This document shows positions 1 through 8,279 of a DNA stretch of 11,355 nt, piece after piece. Position numbers and translations under genes: made by a program. Numbering within the stretch: position 1 is the first letter of the stretch; each line of letters starts with the position of its first letter. Location: contig JBHHXN010000164.1 in assembly GCA_046757025.1 (NCBI GenBank), forward strand, positions 1 to 11,355. The letters run 5' to 3'. The notes beneath the pieces were generated by a model. The model was given only the letters and a program-made list of their open reading frames with translations, made no database searches and was not told the DNA's origin. The stretch comes from a bacterium (GTDB taxonomy: Bacteria > Zhuqueibacterota > Zhuqueibacteria > Oceanimicrobiales > Oceanimicrobiaceae).

Positions 1-96
1 CGCAATCTTGAAGCCGGAATCCATTGTTCAGTTAGGCACGAGATTCCCGATGAGCGTGTCCCTGCATGTTTTAAGCAGGGAGCACTCGGGAATGAC
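1..96. repeat. REP-like palindromic element pair (GTCATTCC...GGAATCC / GATTCCCG...CGGGAATGAC type); first copy truncated by window edge
   Basis: ATTCCCGA (43-50) pairs with TCGGGAAT (86-93) followed by GAC; nested inner stem TCCCTGC (59-65)/GCAGGGA (75-81); GCCGGAATCC at 13-22 looks like the tail of a preceding inverted copy. Confidence 0.7.
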
Positions 97-216
97 GATT
101 ACGGATGGACACGAATTAGCTCACTGAAGAATAAAAAAAGGCCATGTTGCTTTTCTTTCCATTTGAAGCCCTTTTTGTATGGAACCAATTCATGAACAAT
201 GGCCAAAAGCCCACAG

Positions 217-1728
217 CTAAATGCCAATAGTTGAAAGCTGATAGCCATCGTCAATTTGTTGACACTTCCCCTCTTCAATCAATTTGATCAAACCGGCTTT
301 CAGTGAATGCTCAGCCAACGGCCAAACGACGGCTTCCACATCGTCGTACACTTTCCGCACCAGCTCCTGGGAGGATTGCGGTTGGCGGGTTAACGCCCGC
401 AGCAGCTTTTGTTCGCGCTCGCTGCGGTGGTGCAGATAATATTGAATGACTTTTTGACTGTTTCTAACGGCGGAACCGTGCCCCGGATACAACATGCCTG
501 CTGGCAGGGAAAGCAGCATCTGCAGGGATTGCAAATAAGTGGCCATGTGGCCTTCTGGCGGACTGATGACAATGGTAGAAAGGGTGGAAATCATGTCGCC
601 CACCAGCAGCGCGCCGTAGCGAGATTCACGAAAAGATAGATGGCCAGCGGCATGACCTGGGGTGTGGTAAACCTGCAGCTTCCACCCGGCTTGTCCGTCG
701 GGCGCCGTACCCAGCTCGATCTCATCCCCGTGATTCAGGTAGCCCGTGAACTGAAACTCGGAAAGTTTATCAACCGTGGCCGAGTGTGCCATCAGCGGCA
801 AATTATAGCGATTCAGGCAGGCTCGTAAAGCGCCGACGTGATCAGAGTGGTGGTGCGTGAGCAGGATGCCCCGAAGCTGCCGTCCTTCGGTGAGTTGATC
901 ATCCAGGTAATCCCACAACCGCGTCTGCTCGGTGAGGTCGGCAGGGGCCGGATCCACCAGGTACAGCTCGGATTCGCCCACCAGATAGGTGTTGGTGTGG
1001 GTGGCCGGAAAGATGGTACGGGTCTGCAGCGGGATCAACTGCACGCCCGGCGAAAAATAGACTTGATGGATTTTCCCTTTACGATAGGCCTCGGCGTATT
1101 CGGCAATAAACGGCACACATTTACGAATTGTGCGGCCCACAAGCTCCTGCATCATGAAAATGACCGGCGGCACGATCAGCATGTCTCCTTTTTTCCAACG
1201 GAGAAGGGCCTCCGCCGCAGTACAAAATTCACCGCGCATCAACTCGCCCGGCCAGATTTCCGGGGATTGACTGGCTGGAATTTCCACCCAATAAAATTGC
1301 GTGTCGTAACGCACTGGCGCAAATTTCGGCGTGACAATGGAGCAAATAAAATGAAAGTCAGCCGCATCGATGACCTGACGCTCTTTTTGGAGAATATCGC
1401 CGAAGGGGATCTCGTCTTTCAAAAGCTGCCTGCGATAGCGGCTCAGATCTTCAGCGGAAATGGCCTTTTCACCGCGACTCAAAAGCAGGCCGGTTTCCTC
1501 AAACACTTCTCTCACGGCTGCAACGATATAAGGTCGATCCGCCTCCGGCAGCGAGGTGGCATTTTTAATTTCGACTTGTTTAAGCGAATCCTCATTATCC
1601 AGCGTGCCGCCGGGAAAGGCATAATAACCGCCAAAAAATTTTAAGTCGGGGCTGCGCTCAACCACATAAACGTCGGATGAATCGGCATCTCTGGTCAGGA
1701 CCACACTTACGGCTTTTCTTGTTTGCAT
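217..1728 (-). CDS. NUDIX hydrolase / metallo-beta-lactamase-fold (LACTB2-like) fusion protein, ~503 aa
   Basis: N-terminal Nudix box with insertion (FPGGTLD...AAVREVFEETGL) and TP..AP.RYDT.F motif; C-terminal MBL motifs THHHSDH, HTPGHAAGH, GD, PGHG; LACTB2-like tail (HRSERE..LL...VYDDV...LA..SL.A.L.KL). Second ATG (1728) preferred over 1731 because of its spacing to the GGAG RBS. Confidence 0.9.
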   Translation of the reverse strand: MQTRKAVSVVLTRDADSSDVYVVERSPDLKFFGGYYAFPGGTLDNEDSLKQVEIKNATSLPEADRPYIVAAVREVFEETGLLLSRGEKAISAEDLSRYRRQLLKDEIPFGDILQKERQVIDAADFHFICSIVTPKFAPVRYDTQFYWVEIPASQSPEIWPGELMRGEFCTAAEALLRWKKGDMLIVPPVIFMMQELVGRTIRKCVPFIAEYAEAYRKGKIHQVYFSPGVQLIPLQTRTIFPATHTNTYLVGESELYLVDPAPADLTEQTRLWDYLDDQLTEGRQLRGILLTHHHSDHVGALRACLNRYNLPLMAHSATVDKLSEFQFTGYLNHGDEIELGTAPDGQAGWKLQVYHTPGHAAGHLSFRESRYGALLVGDMISTLSTIVISPPEGHMATYLQSLQMLLSLPAGMLYPGHGSAVRNSQKVIQYYLHHRSEREQKLLRALTRQPQSSQELVRKVYDDVEAVVWPLAEHSLKAGLIKLIEEGKCQQIDDGYQLSTIGI

Positions 1729-1993
1729 CATTTCTCCACTCGATTGGCGGACTCGCCTCCATCGAAAAAATCACTTTTTGTTTTGAACCCTTTCCAATCC
1801 AATATAAAACATCCCCGTCTCATTCGCAAATCAAAACTGGCCGCCAGTCCGATGAAAAAATTCAGTTGTTTTTTGTAATTCGTATTAATAAATTTATGTC
1901 CTATTTTTGCTTGCGAATTAATTCGTGGCAGATGAATGGACTTTTTCGAAAAATCCGCACATTCCGCAAACCAATTCATCTCTGGAGGTTTTC

Positions 1994-2968
1994 ATGAAAA
2001 AAAACACATTATATGTAAAGATTTTAATTGGTCTGTTTGCCTTGCTGGCAGTCAGTTCGGTAACCGCCCAACGGGGACTCGTGGTCAAGCAGCAGGAAAT
2101 CACCTATGATCAGAATATTTTATATCAATTAGACCCGGATAATCCCAATATGCAAAACCCTGAGAAACGCAAAAGCCTCATTTTGAATGCCGATGTAAAC
2201 AAACTCAACCAGATCGCGAGTGAATCTGGACAAGAGCCGAATGTGGAAAAATCAACCATCTATGTTTTGAATAAAAACTTTCGAATGGACAGCCAATCAC
2301 GCGAACATAACTGGACCGTTATTCTGCGAAAGGATTTGAACAAACTGTTTCAAATCGATTGGAATACGAACATCGTGATCGAAATATCCCTCGATCAAAT
2401 GGAACAGATGCAAAAAAATGCCGCCAGCCAGATGCAAAAAAACATGCCCAACCTGGAAAAGATGCTTGAGAATTTGCCGCCCCAGCAGCGACAGGAAGCA
2501 TTGGAAGGCATGAAGAAATCGGGGTACGACCTGCCTGGTATGAAAACCAAAAAATCGCAGCCCACCGTTAAGAAGACCGGACGAACCAAGACCATCAAAT
2601 CGTTTTCTAATTGCGAAGAGTACCTGATTCAGGACGGCGACAAGACCATCTCTCTCTGGGCCACCGCACAAAACCCGGCATTGGTGAAAAAATTTCATCA
2701 GATTGCCCAGGAATTTAAAAACTCATTTCAATTCGACGAGGACGATGAGAACGAACCGTGGGAACTGGTCAAAGATAGATTTCCCGTGCTCGTGAAAACG
2801 TTTGAAGAAAATTGGATGCAAGGCGGGGGCGAGCTCAAAGTACAAGAATTTCTGAGCGCGGAAGAAATCCCGATTCCGTTGAGCAAATTTGAAGAATTCA
2901 AAAACCCCAAACTCAAAAAAAGAAGTATGAAAGATATGACGAATTTTGATCCCAATCGGCGCAAATGA
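1994..2968 (+). CDS. Secreted DUF4412-like protein, ~324 aa
   Basis: GGAGG at 1984-1988 precedes ATG 1994; Sec signal MKKNTLYVKILIGLFALLAVSSVTA; Q/M-rich helix (QMEQMQ...LENLPPQQR) followed by KKTGRTKTI...CEEY...LWAT and FPV...IPLSKFE, a pattern typical of DUF4412-type proteins. Family call is from memory of the pattern. Confidence 0.75.
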   Translation: MKKNTLYVKILIGLFALLAVSSVTAQRGLVVKQQEITYDQNILYQLDPDNPNMQNPEKRKSLILNADVNKLNQIASESGQEPNVEKSTIYVLNKNFRMDSQSREHNWTVILRKDLNKLFQIDWNTNIVIEISLDQMEQMQKNAASQMQKNMPNLEKMLENLPPQQRQEALEGMKKSGYDLPGMKTKKSQPTVKKTGRTKTIKSFSNCEEYLIQDGDKTISLWATAQNPALVKKFHQIAQEFKNSFQFDEDDENEPWELVKDRFPVLVKTFEENWMQGGGELKVQEFLSAEEIPIPLSKFEEFKNPKLKKRSMKDMTNFDPNRRK

Positions 2969-3055
2969 GGGCCGGCTAAAAACGCCGTTGTCTGTAAAAA
3001 TCAAATTTGTTTTGTCTAAAAAAGATAAATCGCTCAGCTCAGGTACGATTCAAAT

Positions 3056-3562
3056 TCACAATTTACGCACCTGGGATTCGACCGTGATCACGCCGCTGTT
3101 TTGGAATGTGAGTTTTACTTCAAACCGGTCGCCGGAGAGCAACGAGCGATTCACGCCAATCAGCATGATGTGCGCCCCACCGGGTTTGAATTCAACCTGG
3201 CTCTGAGGTGGAATCGCCATTCCGCCAACCACCGGCTGCATGAGCATGCGATCCCCCTGCATGCGGGTTTCATGCATTTCCACTTTTGCCGCCACATCGG
3301 TTTGCACTGACAGTAAACGATCTGTCTGGTGGCTCGGGTTTATCACAGTTAAATAAACGACTCCGTTGCGGCCACTGTGTCCGGCCTTTGAACCATTCGA
3401 CACCTGCAGCGGCCACGACCAGACATTTTCAATCAGCAGCGGTGGCGGCTTTTGAGTGGATTTCGTGCAGCCGGCGATCAAAAAGAGCATCCCAAACCCG
3501 CAAAGGAACCGCCACCTGTTATGCCGTTTCATTTTTCTTACTGAGAATCGCTTTTTCCTCAT
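3056..3562 (-). CDS. Copper chaperone PCu(A)C family lipoprotein
   Basis: Cu(I) motif H-x10-M-x22-HxM (EMHETRMQGDRMLM...FKPGGAHIML); DRLLSV and LTF..SG signatures; lipobox LIAGC. An alternative start at ATG 3532 gives a more typical signal length. Confidence 0.93.
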   Translation of the reverse strand: MRKKRFSVRKMKRHNRWRFLCGFGMLFLIAGCTKSTQKPPPLLIENVWSWPLQVSNGSKAGHSGRNGVVYLTVINPSHQTDRLLSVQTDVAAKVEMHETRMQGDRMLMQPVVGGMAIPPQSQVEFKPGGAHIMLIGVNRSLLSGDRFEVKLTFQNSGVITVESQVRKL

Positions 3563-3624
3563 CCATCAAACTCCCGGCTCAAACTGATTTCATTATATTT
3601 TTGTAATTAACTGTGTAGAAAAGT

Positions 3625-4242
3625 TCATTTCAGCAACCGCCGCAGATCGTGCACGATATCTATGGCCGGTGTATCATAGGTATAGCTCAGGCGCCAGACG
3701 TTGCCCGGCTCGATCAAAAATATCCGGGCGGTGTGATTCATCAGGTAGCCGGCAGCGCTTTCGGAAACGCGGACTTTTTCGCGGTAAACGCCGTAATCCT
3801 GGTACACCGGCAACAGCTCCTCAGCCGTGCCGGTCAAACCATAAAACGTTTCGCTGTAAATCGACAAATGTTCGCGCAATTTTTCCACGGTGTCTCTTTC
3901 GGGATCCACGGTGATAAAAACAAACTCGATTTTGTCGTGCTCCTCTTGCATGGTGTCCTGCACTTGTTTCCACGTGGAAAGCGTCAAAGGGCACACGTCC
4001 GGGCAGTAGGCGTAGCCAAAAAAGAGCAAGATGATTTTGTCGTTTTTTGCGCTGAGGGTAAAAGCCTGGTTGTCCTGATCGGTGAGGGTGAAATCCGCTG
4101 CCGGGATGGCTTCGTCCAGTAAAGTACCCTTGAAGGTGGAATCCGACTGACGGCAGGCGGAGAAAAGGGCAAGGCAGGCCAAAATGGTCGCGGTTGTGGG
4201 CAGGTGCTTAATAAGCGATTTTTTAAATTGAAATTGGTGCAT
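3625..4242 (-). CDS. SCO1/SenC family copper-binding lipoprotein
   Basis: FGYAYCPDVCP (CxxxC), ITVDPERDT, conserved His in YLMNHTA; lipobox LFSAC; strong RBS AAGGAGGAGGAG directly upstream. Confidence 0.95.
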   Translation of the reverse strand: MHQFQFKKSLIKHLPTTATILACLALFSACRQSDSTFKGTLLDEAIPAADFTLTDQDNQAFTLSAKNDKIILLFFGYAYCPDVCPLTLSTWKQVQDTMQEEHDKIEFVFITVDPERDTVEKLREHLSIYSETFYGLTGTAEELLPVYQDYGVYREKVRVSESAAGYLMNHTARIFLIEPGNVWRLSYTYDTPAIDIVHDLRRLLK

Positions 4243-4254
4243 CTCCTCCTCCTT

Positions 4255-4728
4255 TTACTGTTTTGATGTAATCAATGACCGCACGAAAGCATAAACCGCT
4301 AAAATATCGTCTTCGGGTAAAATTCTATCCCAGCCGATCATGGGTGTACCGGGTACTCCGTTGCGGATGATGTAAACACGCGCAGGTTCGGAATAAAATG
4401 CGGCTTGTTTCGCGTCGGTAAAATCAGACGGCGGTACCAGCAAGCCCTCTGCGGTAAAACCGTCGCCTTTGCCGCGACCGCCGTGACAGGGTGCGCACAG
4501 TTTGGAATAGATTTCCGCACCCCGCTCGTTCTGCGAATCCGCAACAGAAGCCACAGGCTGAAAATACTTCGCCCCCAATTCCAGCTTAATTTTTTCGCGG
4601 AATGCCAGGCGGCGCTGCAGGGCCGACGAATCATTTGATGGGGAATTACTGCCACAAACCAGATTCAACAACAAACAGAACATGCAAACAAAAAGCAGAT
4701 GGAATGTGGAAGTTAGATATATTCTCAT
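4255..4728 (-). CDS. Monoheme c-type cytochrome, probable lipoprotein
   Basis: Single CAPCH heme-binding motif, G.GDG, PPSDFT, distal Met in GVPGTPM; hydrophobic N-terminus ending LNLVC followed by a Ser-rich linker. Confidence 0.9.
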   Translation of the reverse strand: MRIYLTSTFHLLFVCMFCLLLNLVCGSNSPSNDSSALQRRLAFREKIKLELGAKYFQPVASVADSQNERGAEIYSKLCAPCHGGRGKGDGFTAEGLLVPPSDFTDAKQAAFYSEPARVYIIRNGVPGTPMIGWDRILPEDDILAVYAFVRSLITSKQ

Positions 4729-4794
4729 GGCGATTCGATATGATTAAAAAATGCGTAATTATTGAAATTTTTTTGTGATGACTTCTCTAAAAAT

Positions 4795-6306
4795 TTATTG
4801 CACTTGCTTTTGCAGTAAATGTTTAGGTACGATCACTCTTTCCAGAGCTTCGAATGCCAGTTCAACTAAAATCGCCAAAAGCGCGGCCGGGATCGCCCCC
4901 CACATGATGATCTGCGGATCGTTCAGAGTGACGCCGGTAAAAATATACTCCCCCAAACCGCCGGCGCCGATGAAAGCCGCCAGGGTAGCGGTGCCCACCA
5001 AAATCACGGCCGCGGTTCGGACACCCGCCAGGATGTTCGGTGTGGCTAATGGAATCTCAATGTAGCGCAGCCGCTGCCAGGCGTTCAGTCCCATGCCAGT
5101 GGAAACTTTTTTCAGAATGGGATCGATGGCGTTGAGCGCGGTAAAGGTATTTCTCAAGATCGGCAGCAGAGCGTAAAGAAAGAGCGCGATCAATGCGGGT
5201 TTGACTCCGATGCCAAAAAACGGTATCATGAAGGCCAGCAGCGCCAAGGACGGGATGGTCTGTAGCAATCCGGTCATATAAATCACCGGCTTTGAAATCA
5301 CCGGCAGCCTGTACGTTATCAAACCGAAAGGCAGAGCGATGGCCATGGCCGCCAGCAAAGCCACGGCCGTCAACATGAGATGAGTTAAAGTGCGTTGAAA
5401 AAAAGTCGGCCATTTTTGATCGGCGCGGTGCAGTTGGCTTTTTTTGAGTAAACCCTTTTCCAGCAGAAAACCGTGCGCCACGGCCGCAAAATCTTTTTGA
5501 TGGAAAGCCACCAACGCATTTAATCTCTGCATTTCAGCTTCAGGCAATCGGCCAGCGAGCTCGTTCAGGGTGGCTTTGACTTCACCGGAAACCGCTTCTC
5601 GAATTAAAGGCGCTGCCAGATACTCTGGGAAAAAGTGTTTATCGTCCTCCAATAAAACCAGATCATATTTTTGAATCTCTGCGTCGGTGGAATAGACGTC
5701 CATGACATCGATTTGCTTTTCAGTCAGCGCCTGATACGAAAGAGAATGTTCCATGCCCAGAGGAATGGCCGTGAGCTGATAGGCTTTCGACAACGCGCCC
5801 CAGCCATCGCCGCGTTCTAAAAATTCATAACTGAATCCGTACCGCAGGTGCGGTTGTTTTCGGAGATCGGAAAGACGACTCAAATTCAGATATCCTGCCA
5901 TGTCGGCACGAATGGCAAAGGCGTAGGTGTTGTTGAATCCAAAAGCGTGCAGCAGTTGCAGGTGGTGCTTTTGTTCGAGCATCCTCCGCAGTTGCGCGAT
6001 ATCGACCTTTTCCTCCAACTTTAAAATAGCCTGCTCAATGGTGCCGGTGTATTCGGGATAAATATCGATTTCACCGTTCACCAGACCCTGGTAACAAATG
6101 ATGGTCCCGCCGAGTCCAAAATTTCGTTCTACTTCAAAACCGCGATCTTCCAGAAGCTGTGACATCAATTCCGCCAAAATATAACTTTCGTTGAAATTTT
6201 TCGATCCCACTTTGATGGGCTGGCTGCCGACGGATTCGGCACAAACAAGCGCACAAAAAAAGACACAAAAGATTTTCACTACTTTAGCGGGTGCCCTGAA
6301 AATCAT
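4795..6306 (-). CDS. Betaine/ergothioneine-class (OsmF/OpuBC-like) ABC transporter: N-terminal substrate-binding domain fused to C-terminal permease
   Basis: SBP motifs VGSKNFNE, LGGT, DIYPEYTGT, FNNTYA, EFLERGDG, DVYSTD, FFPEY; permease motifs QTIPSLALL, LYALLPILRNT, IGAGGLG. Start uncertain: ATG 6306 (GGAGG at 6319-6323), ATG 6318 or GTG 6279. Confidence 0.9.
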   Translation of the reverse strand: MIFRAPAKVVKIFCVFFCALVCAESVGSQPIKVGSKNFNESYILAELMSQLLEDRGFEVERNFGLGGTIICYQGLVNGEIDIYPEYTGTIEQAILKLEEKVDIAQLRRMLEQKHHLQLLHAFGFNNTYAFAIRADMAGYLNLSRLSDLRKQPHLRYGFSYEFLERGDGWGALSKAYQLTAIPLGMEHSLSYQALTEKQIDVMDVYSTDAEIQKYDLVLLEDDKHFFPEYLAAPLIREAVSGEVKATLNELAGRLPEAEMQRLNALVAFHQKDFAAVAHGFLLEKGLLKKSQLHRADQKWPTFFQRTLTHLMLTAVALLAAMAIALPFGLITYRLPVISKPVIYMTGLLQTIPSLALLAFMIPFFGIGVKPALIALFLYALLPILRNTFTALNAIDPILKKVSTGMGLNAWQRLRYIEIPLATPNILAGVRTAAVILVGTATLAAFIGAGGLGEYIFTGVTLNDPQIIMWGAIPAALLAILVELAFEALERVIVPKHLLQKQVQ

Positions 6307-7045
6307 GATAGACGTCATCCTCCAATTGTAAATGCACAAATTTTTCCACAAAGGTGTTGGCAGGATGCTTTAATATTTCATCTCGGCTGCCAATTTGCTC
6401 TAATTTGCCTTTATTTAAAATGACCACTTGATCGGCTAATTTTAACGCTTCTCTCAGATCGTGCGTGACCAGCACCATGGTTCGGGCTTCGGACTTTTGC
6501 AGCTTCAAAAATTCTATGTGCAGCTCGCTGCGGGTAATCGGATCCAATGCCCCGAAAGCTTCGTCCAACAGAAAAATTCGGGGGTTGAGCATCATGGCGC
6601 GGCAAAGTCCCACGCGCTGCTGCTCACCGCCGCTGAGCTCGTACGGGTAGCGTTCGGCAAAAGCCGCCGGCAAATTGACCAGATTCATAAGCTCCTGCAA
6701 TCGCTCTTGAATGCGCATCCCTGGCCATTTTTCCAATTTCGCCATCAAAGTGATATTTTGGCGGACGGTTAAATGCGGAAAAAGACCGGTGCCTTGTACC
6801 GCGTAGCCAATGCGTTTTCTCAATTGCGGCAGATTGGAGTAGTCGATGGCTTCGTCAAAAACCAAAACCCGGCCGCCGTCGGGTACGATCAAGCCATTGA
6901 TGCATTGAATCAAGGTGGACTTGCCGCTGCCGCTGGGCCCGATGACGGCGGTGGTTTTATTTTCAGCAAACGCCAGACTCAATCCGTGCAAAGCGGTTTT
7001 TTGACCGTATGATTTGAAGATGTTTTCGAATACAATGGGTAGCAT
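6284..7045 (-). CDS. ABC transporter ATP-binding subunit, OpuBA/ProV-like, no CBS domains
   Basis: Walker A GPSGSGKST, LRKRIGYAVQGTGLFPH, YPYELSGGEQQRVG, Walker B/D-loop LLDEAFGALDPITR, H-loop VTHD. Confidence 0.95.
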   Translation of the reverse strand: MLPIVFENIFKSYGQKTALHGLSLAFAENKTTAVIGPSGSGKSTLIQCINGLIVPDGGRVLVFDEAIDYSNLPQLRKRIGYAVQGTGLFPHLTVRQNITLMAKLEKWPGMRIQERLQELMNLVNLPAAFAERYPYELSGGEQQRVGLCRAMMLNPRIFLLDEAFGALDPITRSELHIEFLKLQKSEARTMVLVTHDLREALKLADQVVILNKGKLEQIGSRDEILKHPANTFVEKFVHLQLEDDVYHDFQGTR

Positions 7046-7130
7046 GGCACTCAGGCAGGTGGATGTTTGCGGGTGTCGATTGCTGATGAATGTTTCAAGT
7101 CAAAAAAAGGGTTCGGATGAAATTCTAAAA

Positions 7131-8156
7131 TCAAACCTGTTGAGCCACTTTTTCAGGCTTGAATAAATGCAGGCTAAACCACTTATTTTCATCATACCAG
7201 GAATGTTCAATTTCAAAACCATTGCGATTCGCAAGGCGCCTAATTTGTTCATCCGTGTACTTGTAAGAATTTTCAGTGTGAATGGTTTCGCCCTTTTCGA
7301 ATTCGAAATGCCGGTCTAGCTTTCGGATGAAAATTCTTTGCGAATGTAAGCTCTCCAGGTGCATTTCAATCCTGCCCAACTTCTCGTTTAAGGGCGCCTG
7401 ATGACGAAATTTCGCCAGGTCGAATTCGCCTTCCAGATCGCGATTGATTCGGTGCAACAAATTCAAATTAAATTTAGCCGTTACCCCCGGTTTATCGTTG
7501 TAGGCGCTCTCAAGAACAGACTTTTCCTTCATCAAGTCCATGCCGATGAGCAGACGATCTTCCGACGTCATAGCCAAATGGATTTTGAGCAAAAACAATT
7601 CCGCTTCCGTAGGTTCGAAATTGCCGATATTAGACCCTAAAAATACAAACATTTTCGGACCGATATTGTTGCGCCGGAACGCTTCCAGGGCCGTGAAGTA
7701 ATCCGAGACGTACGAGGTGACTTTCAAACCAGCGTATTCTTTCAAAAGCAAGCGAGAACTTTCAACAAGTATCGTCTTGGATATGTCGATGGGCAGATAG
7801 TGCAAGGCACGATGACGATTTAAAAATGCCTCTATGAGCAAGCGCGTTTTAACAGAGTTACCGCTTCCGAGCTCCACCAGTTTGGTTTTGGTGCTAAATT
7901 GGCTGGCGATTTCTTTGGCATATTTACGCAAAATCGCCGATTCGGTGCGCGTAGGATAATACTCCTTCAGCTCACAGATTTCCTCAAAAATTTTTGAGCC
8001 AATCTTGTCGTAAAAATATTTCGGGGGCAGATATTTTGGTTGAGTAGAAAGCCCCTTGAGCACATCATCTGCAAAGGACTCCACGGATTTATCTTTGCGT
8101 GAAATTTTTACTTTCAAGCGAGATTGCGTCAGATCTGTCAGGGTATCCAGTTCCAC
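7131..8156 (-). CDS. egtD: L-histidine N(alpha)-methyltransferase (hercynine-forming), ~341 aa
   Basis: K.LPPKYFYD..GS..FEEIC.L.EYYPTRTE, LVELGSG.S.KT, FLGSNIGNF, AYND..GVTAKFNLN, RIEMHL, IHTENSYKY. GTG at 8156 sits 6 nt after AAAGGAGG and is preferred over the ORF-track start at 8195. Confidence 0.93.
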   Translation of the reverse strand: MELDTLTDLTQSRLKVKISRKDKSVESFADDVLKGLSTQPKYLPPKYFYDKIGSKIFEEICELKEYYPTRTESAILRKYAKEIASQFSTKTKLVELGSGNSVKTRLLIEAFLNRHRALHYLPIDISKTILVESSRLLLKEYAGLKVTSYVSDYFTALEAFRRNNIGPKMFVFLGSNIGNFEPTEAELFLLKIHLAMTSEDRLLIGMDLMKEKSVLESAYNDKPGVTAKFNLNLLHRINRDLEGEFDLAKFRHQAPLNEKLGRIEMHLESLHSQRIFIRKLDRHFEFEKGETIHTENSYKYTDEQIRRLANRNGFEIEHSWYDENKWFSLHLFKPEKVAQQV

Positions 8157-8279
8157 TGAATCCCTCCTTTCCCTAAAAATGATAGGCTTCTGCAAAATGA
8201 AATTACGGAAGGGGTTTCAGGCTTCAGCCTGCTGCACCTAAAAGACCTAATGTGAAAACGTGCAAACCACGCGTCTACC

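Noticed and set aside
133..204. GGCCATGTT...AACAATGGCC inverted repeat with A7 tract as terminator for the NUDIX/MBL gene
   Set aside because: The arms are imperfect and separated by about 45 nt, too long a loop to call a terminator with confidence.
217..1100. Antibiotic-resistance metallo-beta-lactamase
   Set aside because: No signal peptide, fused to NUDIX, and LACTB2-like C-terminus; the similarity is at fold level only.
838..1644. 268-aa plus-strand ORF
   Set aside because: Entirely antisense to the NUDIX/MBL gene with no recognisable motifs; shadow ORF.
8157..8195. ORF-track N-terminal extension of EgtD (start 8195)
   Set aside because: The strong SD lies just before GTG 8156, and the extension runs into the MITE-like terminal repeat.
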